This document shows positions 19,336 through 28,983 of a stretch of 64,000 bases of DNA, piece after piece. The position numbers were made by a program, and so were the translations under genes. Positions within the stretch are counted from its first letter, which is position 1, and each line of letters starts with the position of its first letter. The notes under the pieces are model-generated. The model was not told the DNA's origin. It saw only the letters and a list, made by a program, of their open reading frames with translations, and did not search any database. The DNA is from a bacterium (lineage in GTDB: Bacteria; Myxococcota_A; Bradymonadia; UBA7976; UBA1532). The stretch is from the NCBI GenBank assembly GCA_030427205.1, contig JAUHXC010000051.1, positions 1,336-65,335 on the forward strand. The letters run 5' to 3'.

Positions 19336-21867
19336 TCAATCCAACGGCAGCCGCGGCGTGGGCGTCTCGGGCAGCGTCACCGCCGGATCGCGCAGGGCCT
19401 TCCAATCGGCGGCGAGCGCGTCGCGCATCGCCGCCCAGCGGGTCTCGAAGATGGCGGCCAGCGCGTCCTGCGTCTCGTCGGGCAGCATCCACGACGTCTC
19501 GATGTTGGCCGCGACGGTCGGCGTCAGGTCGATCTGATGGATGGCCAGCCGCCCCTGATACAGCTCGTTGAGCTCGTCGAACATGCGCCGGTGCATATTG
19601 GCGCCGAGCGGCACCTGATCCTGAATCGTGGCCCACAGCCCGCTGATGTCACGCGGCGGCGCCTTGGTCGGCATGCCGCTGGCGTTGACCACCAGCAGCA
19701 CAACGCCGCGCCGCTTCAAGACATCCAGCCGGTTGCGCAGCAGGTGGTAGAGCGGCCACATGCCCGAGTTGCTCAGCACCCCGCCGTCGGTGAGGAAGAC
19801 CCGCCCCGGCTCCCCTGCCCGGCGGTCGTCGGCGAACGGGCTGAAGAACCGCGGCTGATCGGTCTCGACCTCGACCAGCGGGAAGCCGAACGGGAAGTTG
19901 GCCGACGCCCGCACCGCCGCGACCAGCGCCGGGTCGTAGCGTTCGAGCAGGTCTTCGAGGCCGTAGATCGCGTCGCGATAGAAGACCCAGGTCGGCGCCT
20001 CGGATCCGACGAACTCGACGTAGTCGTTATGGGTCGCGTCGTCGCCGTCGCTGTCATCCTCGTCGCGGGCGTCCGCGCGGATCGACAGGCCGTCGTCGAC
20101 CAGCTCATAGGCCTCGGCGGCCAGCGGGCTGATGACCACCGCGTTGGTATCGAGGGTCACCGTATTGAAGAGCGGCATCGGGCACGGCGGGTGCTTCGCG
20201 CCGGCCTCGGCCGCCGCCGACCACGCGTCGCGCACCGACGAGAGCCGCAGATCGCCGACCCCCGCCGCGTCGGCGAAGGCCGCCTCGATGGACGCGCCGC
20301 GCCCCGAGAACGGCGAGAGGAAACCCAGCACCGTCGGCCGGATGAAGTCCTGCCCGGCGCCGGCCACCATCGCGCCTTCTTCCAGGGCGTCGGGCGCGAG
20401 CCGCCGGCTGATGTAGATCGCGTTGGCCAGGCTGCCGCCCGAGACGCTGCTGATCGCGTGCACGTGCGGGCCCAGCGCCGCGGTGACCGCGTCGAAGTGC
20501 AGCCGCTCGAAGGTATGCGCCGCGTACAGGGCCGCCCGCGAGCCGCCGCCCGACGCGGCGATGACCACCACCGGATCGTCGCCGGCGAACGGCCAAGCGC
20601 TCGGCGGCAGCCGCTCGATGGACTCCGCCTCGTCATCGCTCCACGGCCCGGGGGTGAACGCCATCTTGCTGCCGACGAAGAGCATGCCGATGAGCGACAG
20701 GGCCAGCAGAATCCGGGTCAACGCCGCCCGCCGGTCGCGCAGCACCGTCGCCAGGTTGATCACCGAGCCGACGCCGAGCACCAGCAGGAAGGCGACCTCC
20801 TTGGAGATGCCCAGCACCGGCACCCGCCCCTGGGGCAGGTTGGCCAGCAGCAGCAGCGCGATGAGGCCCACCAGCACCATCAGCCGCACGTTGCGCGGAT
20901 CGAGGTTGTCCCAGTAGTCGATGAGCCGGGCGAAGCCGAGGATCGACGCGAGCACCGTCGCGATGAGCAGCGCGGTCAACGCCAGATCGAAGTCGTCGAA
21001 GACCCAGCCCCCCAGCAGGAACAAGCCCGCGCAGGCGGGCACCAGCATGCCGAAGTAGCGCTTGAGCTTGTGGCCGATGCTGGTCACGAAGATGCCCGGC
21101 CACGGGCTGTCATCGCGATAGGCCGGAAAATGCCGCGGGGCGACCACCAGCGGGTCGAGCTTGCGGAACGCGACCCCGCCGATGTCCCACGGCCGGATCA
21201 AGCCGGTCGTGCCGTCGGCGGTGGCCAGGTCGCGGTCGAAGCGAAGCTGCCGGTGGCCGACGAGCAGCAGCGGCAGAAACAGGTAGGTCAGCATCAGCCC
21301 GTTGAGCCAGGCGGCGGAGAAGAAGGCCGCCACCTGACGCATGTCGAAGACGAGGTAACCGACGCCCACCGTCGAGACGACCGTCGTCGCGTTCTTGTCG
21401 AGCCAGCGCATGCCGATCTCGGCGCGCTCGGTCAGCCGGTCGGTCAACGACGGCTTGCGCGGCGTGTGCTCGAGCAGCTTCAGCCCGAGCGTATAGACCG
21501 TCACGATGCCCGCGAAGAAGGCATCCCGCGCGTCGGCGGCCGGCTTGCGGGAGGGCAGCGCGTGCACCGCCTCGCCCAGCAGGGCCCACGCGCGGGCCAG
21601 CGGCTCGAGATCCGGCGGCGCGTCTTCGGGCTCGACGGCCACCACGCAGTCGACCAGCAGCCGCAGCCGCGCGATGATCTCGGGCGCGGCGTCGGCGATG
21701 CGGGCGTCCATCGAAGCGTCACCCGTGCGCAGCAGCAGCCCGGCGTTGTAGAGCACCGAGCGCCCCTGCTCGATGCTGTCGTGCACGAAGGTCGCCGCGC
21801 GCAGGGGGTGCACCGGCGGTGAGGGCGACGCCCCGTCTGCGTCACTGGCGGATGACTCCCCCGACAT
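19336..21867 (-). CDS. patatin-like phospholipase with a large N-terminal polytopic membrane domain
   Basis: The C-terminal half carries the oxyanion GGGSRA, the GxSxG motif SVSGGSLAN, and the catalytic-Asp motif TDGGVLSNSG. The N-terminal ~430 aa contain at least 8 hydrophobic helices. Confidence 0.75.
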   Translation of the reverse strand: MSGESSASDADGASPSPPVHPLRAATFVHDSIEQGRSVLYNAGLLLRTGDASMDARIADAAPEIIARLRLLVDCVVAVEPEDAPPDLEPLARAWALLGEAVHALPSRKPAADARDAFFAGIVTVYTLGLKLLEHTPRKPSLTDRLTERAEIGMRWLDKNATTVVSTVGVGYLVFDMRQVAAFFSAAWLNGLMLTYLFLPLLLVGHRQLRFDRDLATADGTTGLIRPWDIGGVAFRKLDPLVVAPRHFPAYRDDSPWPGIFVTSIGHKLKRYFGMLVPACAGLFLLGGWVFDDFDLALTALLIATVLASILGFARLIDYWDNLDPRNVRLMVLVGLIALLLLANLPQGRVPVLGISKEVAFLLVLGVGSVINLATVLRDRRAALTRILLALSLIGMLFVGSKMAFTPGPWSDDEAESIERLPPSAWPFAGDDPVVVIAASGGGSRAALYAAHTFERLHFDAVTAALGPHVHAISSVSGGSLANAIYISRRLAPDALEEGAMVAGAGQDFIRPTVLGFLSPFSGRGASIEAAFADAAGVGDLRLSSVRDAWSAAAEAGAKHPPCPMPLFNTVTLDTNAVVISPLAAEAYELVDDGLSIRADARDEDDSDGDDATHNDYVEFVGSEAPTWVFYRDAIYGLEDLLERYDPALVAAVRASANFPFGFPLVEVETDQPRFFSPFADDRRAGEPGRVFLTDGGVLSNSGMWPLYHLLRNRLDVLKRRGVVLLVVNASGMPTKAPPRDISGLWATIQDQVPLGANMHRRMFDELNELYQGRLAIHQIDLTPTVAANIETSWMLPDETQDALAAIFETRWAAMRDALAADWKALRDPAVTLPETPTPRLPLD

Positions 21868-21952
21868 CGCTCCCCTCCCATCGCAGCCTGCGCCGGGACA
21901 TCATCACCGATGACTCGACGCAGATCCACGCCGTGGGCCGAGCGCCCGAGGC

Positions 21953-22537
21953 TCACGCCGGCTCGTCGTCGTCGTCGTCGTAGAGCCGGCGATCGACCGG
22001 CGGCCCGCCGACCCCCAACCACTCGGCCAGCGTCGCGACCCGCTGAGCCACCTCGGCCTCGGTGACGAACGACCGCCCGATGCAGATGCGCGCGCCGCCG
22101 GTCAGCGCGACGACCCGGTACAGGTTGCGCGGGCGGTTGTACTCGACCGCGAAGCCGTCGATGTCGTCGAAGGGCACGACGTGCCGGGTGCGGATCCAGG
22201 CGATGCCCTCTTCGATGCGCAGCTCGCCCGGATCCCGCTCGAAGACGGTGCGCTCCCGCGGGGCCTTGGCGGCGATCCACCAGGCGAACGCGAAGAACAT
22301 CACCCCGGCCACCCCGAAGAGGTTGCGCTCGGCCCAGGCCGATACGCCGACCCAGACCCCGATGCCGATCATCAGCCCGGCGCTGAGCCAGACCGGCCAG
22401 GGCAGCGTCTTGAAGACCAGCCGCTCCGCCGAGCGCTTCGCCCAGCGGGCGCCGGCCAGCTGATCGGCGTTGCCGGTGTGGCGCAGCGGCCCCCGGGGCA
22501 GGTTGCGGTTGCGCCTGCGGCGATCGGCTCGACCCAC
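21953..22537 (-). CDS. membrane protein, possibly of the bacterial PH-domain (YcxB-like) type
   Basis: GTG start with AGGAGG 5 nt upstream. A basic N-terminus is followed by 2 TM helices and a C-terminal DIDGFAVEYNRPRNLYRVVALTGGARICIGR segment. Confidence 0.5.
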   Translation of the reverse strand: MGRADRRRRNRNLPRGPLRHTGNADQLAGARWAKRSAERLVFKTLPWPVWLSAGLMIGIGVWVGVSAWAERNLFGVAGVMFFAFAWWIAAKAPRERTVFERDPGELRIEEGIAWIRTRHVVPFDDIDGFAVEYNRPRNLYRVVALTGGARICIGRSFVTEAEVAQRVATLAEWLGVGGPPVDRRLYDDDDDEPA

Positions 22538-22622
22538 GTCGTCCTCCTGCCCGTGACCCCGAGGCCGGGCGTGTATCTGTATCGGCGCCGGCACACCGCC
22601 GACCCCAACCGAGGAGACCACG

Positions 22623-23459
22623 ATGCACCACGCCCTGAAGACGTTGCTGGCCGCCTTGATTCTGCTGCCCGCCACCGCCGCCGCCGAGCAATCGCCCGAG
22701 CGACCATGGCGCCTCGACCTGCACGCCGAGCTGGGCAGCCTCTGGGTGGCATACCACACCGTCAAGCTCGACCGTGACGGCACCGACATGGACTACATCG
22801 ACGACCTGGGCCAGGAGAACCTGGTGCCCTTCGTGCGCGGCTCGGCCGATCTCTACCTCGGCGACCGTCAGCAGCACGTCGTCACGCTGCTCTACCAGCC
22901 CCTCGAGATCGTCTCGGCGCGCACGCTGGCCCGCGATCTGCTCATCGACGACCAGGTCTTCCCCGAAGGCGCGGCGGTGCGCTCGACCTACAGCTTCCCC
23001 TTCGCTCGCATCAGCTACCTCTACGACTTCGCCGACGGCCCCGACGAGCTGGCCATCGGCGCCTCGCTGCAGCTGCGCAACGCCACCATCGAGTTCGAAC
23101 AGCTCGACGGCCCGGCCTTCCGCAGCCGGCGCGACATCGGGCCGGTGCCCGTGCTCAAGTTCCGCTGGCGCCAGGGCTTCGCCAACGGCGCGTTCGCCGG
23201 CTTCGAGATCGACGGCTTCTACGCGCCGATCAAGTACCTCAACGGCGGCGAGACCGACGTCGAGGGGGCCATCGTCGACGCCAGCCTGCGCGCCGGCCTC
23301 GAGTTGCGGCAGGACGTCGACGCCTTCCTCAACCTGCGCTGGCTCGGCGGCGGGGCGAGCGGCGGCGGCGAAGACGACGACAACCCGGGCGACAACTACA
23401 ACGAGAACTGGCTGACCTTCTTCTCGCTGAGCCTCGGCCTGACCTACGGCGGGCTCTGA
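22623..23459 (+). CDS. secreted hypothetical protein (possibly an OM beta-barrel)
   Basis: Signal peptide (ALILLPATAAAE). Alternating hydrophobic beta-strand-like segments. The C-terminus is ...LGLTYGGL. Confidence 0.5.
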   Translation: MHHALKTLLAALILLPATAAAEQSPERPWRLDLHAELGSLWVAYHTVKLDRDGTDMDYIDDLGQENLVPFVRGSADLYLGDRQQHVVTLLYQPLEIVSARTLARDLLIDDQVFPEGAAVRSTYSFPFARISYLYDFADGPDELAIGASLQLRNATIEFEQLDGPAFRSRRDIGPVPVLKFRWRQGFANGAFAGFEIDGFYAPIKYLNGGETDVEGAIVDASLRAGLELRQDVDAFLNLRWLGGGASGGGEDDDNPGDNYNENWLTFFSLSLGLTYGGL

Positions 23460-23564
23460 CGGCCCGTGCCCGCCGACGGGCCTTGACCGCGCGCCGCGTC
23501 GGGGGCTACTGCTGCCCCGAAGCGGCCCCCCGCCTTGCGGGCCGCGCCCCACGCGGAGGCGGCC

Positions 23565-26500
23565 ATGCCAATGCCAGCCCTGTCCCGAACGCCCGCCCTC
23601 TTCCGAGCCCTCTCGCTGACCCTGCTGACCGCCGGGCTGGCGGCCTGCGTGCCCACCAGCAGCGGCCGCGGCGGCGGATCGTGCGTCGACGGCGAAGCCG
23701 AGGCCTGCGCCTGCCCCGACGGGACCAGCAGCCTGCGCACCTGCGAAGGCGAGCGCTTCGGGCCGTGCCCCTGCGAAGCCACCGGCGACGACGGCGTCGG
23801 CGATACGGGCGCGCCCGACGCAGATCCGGGCGACGACGGCGGCCGGCCCGACGCGTGCCGGCCCCTCTGCGGCGAGCGGGCCTGCGGCGACGACGGCTGC
23901 GGCGGCGCGTGTGGCACATGTGAAGCCGGCGCCTTCTGCACGCCCGAGGGTCAATGCGCCGCCGAGCCCGAGAGCTGCGGCGACGACACCTGCGACGCCG
24001 ACGAGAACTGCCTCTCGTGCGCCGCCGACTGCGGGTGCGGCCCCGACGAGGTCTGTGATCCGGTCGACGCGACCTGCGGCCCGCCGCCGTGTGAACCCGC
24101 CTGCGACGGCCGCGCCTGCGGCGACGACGGCTGCGGCGGCGAGTGCGGCGCGTGCGAGGCCGGCGAGCGCTGCGCCGACGGCCAATGTGTCGAAGACGAC
24201 CCCTGCCCCGACCGCCCGTGCGACATCCTCTGGGCCGCCCGCTGCACCGACGACGCCACCGGCCGGGTGCTGTGCGTGCCCGACGCCGCCGACGGCTGCC
24301 CCGGCGAGAGCCGACGCATCGCCTGTGATTCCGGCCGTGAATGCGCCGAGGGCGCCTGCGCCGGCGCCACCACCGACGTCGAGATCATGTTCCTGCTCGA
24401 TCGGTCGAGCAGCATGGCCGACGGCCGCTGGAATGCCATCGGTGATGCCATCCAAGGCTTCGCCGCCACCTATGGCATATGGCATCGCATGGGCGTGCGC
24501 ACCTTCCCCGGCGAAGGCTGCGCCGCCGGCCCCGTACCGCCGCTGGTCATCAACGCCGCGGTCGGCGTGCGCACCGTGCTCGCCGCGGGCACCGCCCCCG
24601 GCGATCAGACCCCCATCGCCGACGCCTTCACCGACCTCGCGCCGGCCTTCGGCGACTTCGACGAGGCCCAGATCGTCGTGCTGATCACCGACGGCACCGA
24701 GACCTGCGCCGACAATGACGCGGCGCTGCTCGACGCCATCGACGACCTGCGCCGCCGGGGCATCGATCTGCATGTCATCGGCGTCGGCCCACGCGCCGAC
24801 CGGGAGCTCCTCGGCCGCCTCGCCCAGCGCGCCGGCCGCGAGGCCGACCTGCCCGCCATCGACGACGGCGACGACATGGCCCGCTGGCTCGACGGGCTGC
24901 TCGATCGCTACGACGCGACCCGCTGCGATCACGATGGCATCGCCTGCGACGGCGAGGGCCTCGTCGAGTGCCGCGACCGGCGCGTCGTCGAGGCGCGCAC
25001 CTGCCCCGACCTGTGCGTCGACGGCGAGGGCTGCCTCACCTGCTGGCCGCCCGATACGACCCGCTGCGTCGACGCGCAGCGGCGCGAGGTCTGCGGCGAC
25101 GACGGCGACTGGCAGCCGCCCGAGGCCTGCCCCTACTGCCTGGGCGACGACTGCGTCGAGTGCGAGCCGGGCGCCAGCGAGTGCGTCGACGAGACCCGCC
25201 GGCGGGTCTGCGGCGCCGACGGCCGCTGGCAGCCGCCCGTATTCTGCGCCCACTGCCTCGACGGCGACTGCGTCATCTGCCGCCCCGGCGCGACCCGCTG
25301 CGCGACCTTCGAGCGCCAGGAGACCTGCGGCGCGAACGGCGCCTGGGGCGACGCCGCCGCCTGCGTTCATTGCCTGGGCGATGGCGACTGCGTCGACTGC
25401 CGCCCCGGCGCCGTCGAGTGCGCCGACGACGTGCGGCTGCGCACCTGCGACGACGCGGGCCGCTGGCAAGTCGAGCGATGCGACGCGTGCGTCGACGACG
25501 TCTGCCGCGTCTGCCGACCGGGCGAGACCCGCTGCGTCGATGGCACCAGCGACCAGACGTGCACCGCCGACGGCGCCTGGGGCCCGGCCCGGGAATGCGA
25601 CGCCTGCGCCGACGGCCAGTGCCGCTTCATCGTCGAGGCCGACGACGTGCGCCTCGTCGACGGCGCCCGCCCGTCCGAAGGCCGGGTCGAGGTGCGGCAC
25701 AACGGCGAGTGGGGCCACCTCTGCGGCCGCGACTTCGACCGCCGCGAGGCGCAGGTCATCTGCCGCCAGCTCGGCCTGCCCACCGAGACCGCTCAGCACC
25801 GCTTCAGCGAGCCCTTCGGTCGGCCACCGCAAGGGCAGGTGGCGTGGCTCGACAGCGTCGCGTGCACCGGCGACGAGGCGCGCCTGACCGACTGCGACCT
25901 GCAGCCGTGGCTCATCGACGGCAGCTGCACGATCTACGGCCCGGTCTCGATCACCTGCCTCGCCGGCGAGTGCCGGCCCGGGGACGTGCGCTGCGCCGAC
26001 GACACCCACAGCCAGGCCTGCGGCGAAGACGAGCTCTGGCGCGAGCCCGAAGAGTGCGCCGCCTGCATCCGCGGCGACTTTCTCGCGCAGAACCTCTTCG
26101 CGGGCGAGTGCCGCCCCTGCCGCGCCGGCCAGACCCGCTGCCTCGACGCCGATACGGCGCAGACCTGCGGCGAAGACAACGATTGGGACCCGGCCGCGCG
26201 GGTCGACTGCGCGACCGGCTGCGCCGACGGCGCCTGCGTCGGCGACGGCGAGGTGCGCCTCGTCGACGGGCCCGTGCCCTACGCCGGCCGGGTCGAGATC
26301 CGCCACAACGGCGAGTGGGGCCGCGTCTGCGGCCGCAACTTCGACCCCCGCGAGGGCCGGGTCATCTGCCGTCAGCTCGGCCTGCCCACCGAGACCGCCC
26401 AGCCACGGTTCAGCGACCCCTACGGCCGCGCGCCCGCCGACCAGCCCGCGTGGCTCGACAGCGTGGCCTGCACCGGCGACGAAGAGGCCTACACCGACTG

Positions 26501-27461
26501 CGATGCGCCGCCCTGGCTCGTCGACGGCACCTGCGCGATCTACGGTCAGGTCTCGCTCGCCTGCCTCGAGGGCGAGTGCTTCCCCGGCGATACCCGCTGC
26601 GCCGACGACACCCACGTCGAGGTCTGCGGCGACGACCAGCTGTGGCAAGAGCCTGAAGAGTGCGCCGCCTGCGTCAGCGGCGACTATCTGGCGCAGAACG
26701 TCTTCCGCGGCGAGTGCCGCCCCTGCCGCGCCGGCCAGACCCGCTGCCTCGACGCCGAGCGGGCCCAGACCTGCGGCGAAGAGGACGACTGGAATCCGGA
26801 CGCCATCGTCGACTGCCCCGACGGCTGCGCCGAGGGCGCCTGCGTCGGCGACGGCGAGGTGCGCCTCGTCGACGGCCCCGAGCCCTGGGCCGGGCGGGTC
26901 GAGATCCGCCACAACGGCGAGTGGGGCCGCGTCTGCGGCCGCAACTTCGACCCCCGCGAAGGCCGCGTCATCTGCCGCCAGCTCGGCCTGCCCACCGAGA
27001 CTGCTCAGCAACGCTTCAGCGAGCCCTACGGCCGCGCGCCCGCCGACCAGCCGGCGTGGATCGACAGCGTGGCGTGCCGCGGCGATGAAGAAGCCTATAC
27101 CGACTGCGATACGCCGCCGTGGCTCGTGGACGGCAACTGCGCGATCTACGGCCAGGTCTCGCTCGCCTGCCTCGAAGGCGAGTGCGTGCCGGGCGACGTG
27201 CGCTGCAGCGACGACACCCACATCCAGGCCTGCGGCGACGACCAGCTGTGGCAGGCACCCGAAGAGTGCCCCGCCTGCGTCAGCGGCGACTATCTGGCGC
27301 GCAACGTCTTCGCGGGCGAGTGCCGCCCCTGCCGCGGCGGCCAGACGCGCTGTATCGACGCCGACCGGGTGCAGATCTGCGGCGAAGACAATGACTGGGA
27401 TGCAGATGCCATCATCGACTGCCCCGATGGCTGCGTCGGCGACGCCTGCGTCGGCGGCTGA
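23565..27461 (+). CDS. giant Cys-rich lipoprotein with vWA + EGF-like modules + 3x SRCR domains
   Basis: Lipobox LTAGLAAC. vWA MIDAS DRSSSMADGRW...VVLITDGTE. Repeated C-x-x-C-x-DG-x-C-x-x-C-RPG modules. Three ~105-aa units (VRLVDG..EGRVE(V/I)RHNGEWG.(V/L)CGR.FD.RE..VICRQLGLPTE....W(L/I)DSVAC.GDE...TDCD) fit the SRCR consensus. Confidence 0.8.
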   Translation: MPMPALSRTPALFRALSLTLLTAGLAACVPTSSGRGGGSCVDGEAEACACPDGTSSLRTCEGERFGPCPCEATGDDGVGDTGAPDADPGDDGGRPDACRPLCGERACGDDGCGGACGTCEAGAFCTPEGQCAAEPESCGDDTCDADENCLSCAADCGCGPDEVCDPVDATCGPPPCEPACDGRACGDDGCGGECGACEAGERCADGQCVEDDPCPDRPCDILWAARCTDDATGRVLCVPDAADGCPGESRRIACDSGRECAEGACAGATTDVEIMFLLDRSSSMADGRWNAIGDAIQGFAATYGIWHRMGVRTFPGEGCAAGPVPPLVINAAVGVRTVLAAGTAPGDQTPIADAFTDLAPAFGDFDEAQIVVLITDGTETCADNDAALLDAIDDLRRRGIDLHVIGVGPRADRELLGRLAQRAGREADLPAIDDGDDMARWLDGLLDRYDATRCDHDGIACDGEGLVECRDRRVVEARTCPDLCVDGEGCLTCWPPDTTRCVDAQRREVCGDDGDWQPPEACPYCLGDDCVECEPGASECVDETRRRVCGADGRWQPPVFCAHCLDGDCVICRPGATRCATFERQETCGANGAWGDAAACVHCLGDGDCVDCRPGAVECADDVRLRTCDDAGRWQVERCDACVDDVCRVCRPGETRCVDGTSDQTCTADGAWGPARECDACADGQCRFIVEADDVRLVDGARPSEGRVEVRHNGEWGHLCGRDFDRREAQVICRQLGLPTETAQHRFSEPFGRPPQGQVAWLDSVACTGDEARLTDCDLQPWLIDGSCTIYGPVSITCLAGECRPGDVRCADDTHSQACGEDELWREPEECAACIRGDFLAQNLFAGECRPCRAGQTRCLDADTAQTCGEDNDWDPAARVDCATGCADGACVGDGEVRLVDGPVPYAGRVEIRHNGEWGRVCGRNFDPREGRVICRQLGLPTETAQPRFSDPYGRAPADQPAWLDSVACTGDEEAYTDCDAPPWLVDGTCAIYGQVSLACLEGECFPGDTRCADDTHVEVCGDDQLWQEPEECAACVSGDYLAQNVFRGECRPCRAGQTRCLDAERAQTCGEEDDWNPDAIVDCPDGCAEGACVGDGEVRLVDGPEPWAGRVEIRHNGEWGRVCGRNFDPREGRVICRQLGLPTETAQQRFSEPYGRAPADQPAWIDSVACRGDEEAYTDCDTPPWLVDGNCAIYGQVSLACLEGECVPGDVRCSDDTHIQACGDDQLWQAPEECPACVSGDYLARNVFAGECRPCRGGQTRCIDADRVQICGEDNDWDADAIIDCPDGCVGDACVGG

Positions 27462-27466
27462 CCGGT

Positions 27467-28168
27467 CTACTCGCCCGGCTTGCCCTCGCCCGGCTTCACC
27501 TCGCTCGCCTTCGCCTCGACCTCACGCACCGCCTCGACCGCCGCCGCCGCCCGCGCGACCCGCGGCGGCGCGTTGGGGTGGGACCGCACCCGCTCGCCGG
27601 TATCGGTCACCGCGAACGGGACGAGGTCGCTGGGCTTGCCCGGCGTCGGCAGCAGCGGCTTCGCCCGCCACTCGCCCATGATCCAGATCGCGCAGGGCTT
27701 CTCGGTCTGCGCGCCGCACGCCGCGCGGATGCGATCGGCCAGGGAGATGCCCAGCCGGCTGTCATCCAGCGCCAGCGCCAAGGCATCGGGGCGTTTGCCG
27801 CGCGCGCCGGCCGCCAGCGGACCGCCCAGCACGGTGGCGTGCTCGACCCCGCCCAGCGGCGAGCGGGTGATGCCCACCGGCAGCCGCACCCGCGTACCCG
27901 GATCGAGGCCGTCGAGCCACTTGAGCACCAGCGTCCGGTTGGAGACGTCGGGGCCGTCGATCCAGATCGTCGGCGGCTGCGGGCGCTTGTTGCGCGGCCG
28001 GACCGCGGTGGAGACCCGGTGCTCGGCGCCGGGGCCGATGGCGTCTTTCGGCATCTCGAAGCTCCCGGGCTTGGCCATGGCCGGCGTGGATGCCATGGCA
28101 GTCATACCAGCGATAGCACCGATGGCATACAACCACCGATGACCCTTGCGATAGCTCCGATGGCTCAT
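27467..28168 (-). CDS. secreted hypothetical protein
   Basis: Signal peptide (WLYAIGAIAGMTAMASTPAMA). The ATG overlaps the upstream stop (ATGA). Confidence 0.5.
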   Translation of the reverse strand: MSHRSYRKGHRWLYAIGAIAGMTAMASTPAMAKPGSFEMPKDAIGPGAEHRVSTAVRPRNKRPQPPTIWIDGPDVSNRTLVLKWLDGLDPGTRVRLPVGITRSPLGGVEHATVLGGPLAAGARGKRPDALALALDDSRLGISLADRIRAACGAQTEKPCAIWIMGEWRAKPLLPTPGKPSDLVPFAVTDTGERVRSHPNAPPRVARAAAAVEAVREVEAKASEVKPGEGKPGE

Positions 28169-28983
28169 GGCACCTCCTTGCGGGCGATCACGAAGACATA
28201 GCCATAATACTGGCCGTAGCGATCGTAGATGTCCGCCTCGGCGATGCTCTCATCCAACGCCGCCGTCAGCGCGGGGCTGCACGGCTGGGCGCGCAGCGTG
28301 GCGACGCGGGCGCGGATCGGGTCGTAGTAGTTCGACCAGTCGCTCGCGGGCAGGATGAAGTCATGAATGACATACCATCCGGCCGCCGCCGTACGCTTGC
28401 GGGTCGTCTCGACGTCGCCGAGGGCCGGATACTCCGCTTCGAGCATCGCGCGCAGGTCCGTAGGCACGTCGGCGGTGAGCCAGACCAACTCGGAGAAGGC
28501 CAGCCGCGCGTCGGGTGAAGCGATGGCATGCCAGCGGCGCAACGCCTTCTCGACGCCGACGCTGTAGGCCGCGCCCTCGCTCCAGATGAGATCCGCCGGG
28601 CCCGGGTGGTCGAGCATCGAGCCATGCCACGCGGTCACGCGGTCGCTGACGTTCGCGGCGGCGGCGCGCTTCTCCAGCTGGTCGAGGAAGGGCCGATGCA
28701 GATCGACGCCGACGACCGCCGCGCCGGGCAGCGCATTGGCCAGCGTGACCGTCGGCTGGCCCGGGCCGCAGCCGAAGTCGATGACGCGGGGCTTGTCGGG
28801 CAGCGGGCCGCACGCGGCGAGGGCCCGCCGGGTCGTGGCCGCGCTGCCGGGCCCCTCGCGGTCGAGGTCGCGGTGCACCTGGAAGAACTCGGGGCTCACG
28901 GGCGGCTCCGGGGGTGGTTCTAGGGTCACGGTAGGATGAGCAGGGGCGCGGTTCAAGGTGAGTTCGGCCTGTCGAGGAACCAT
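28165..28983 (-). CDS. class I SAM-dependent methyltransferase
   Basis: Motif I VIDFGCGPGQPT. Motif II/post-I (AVVGVDL) is spaced as expected. Confidence 0.65.
   Translation of the reverse strand: MVPRQAELTLNRAPAHPTVTLEPPPEPPVSPEFFQVHRDLDREGPGSAATTRRALAACGPLPDKPRVIDFGCGPGQPTVTLANALPGAAVVGVDLHRPFLDQLEKRAAAANVSDRVTAWHGSMLDHPGPADLIWSEGAAYSVGVEKALRRWHAIASPDARLAFSELVWLTADVPTDLRAMLEAEYPALGDVETTRKRTAAAGWYVIHDFILPASDWSNYYDPIRARVATLRAQPCSPALTAALDESIAEADIYDRYGQYYGYVFVIARKEVP

Noticed and set aside
21501-27221. 1906-aa ORF on the minus strand
   Set aside because: Its translation is Ala/Gly/Arg low-complexity. It lies antisense to the well-supported SRCR lipoprotein gene and patatin gene. In a ~70% GC genome long antisense open frames are expected by chance.
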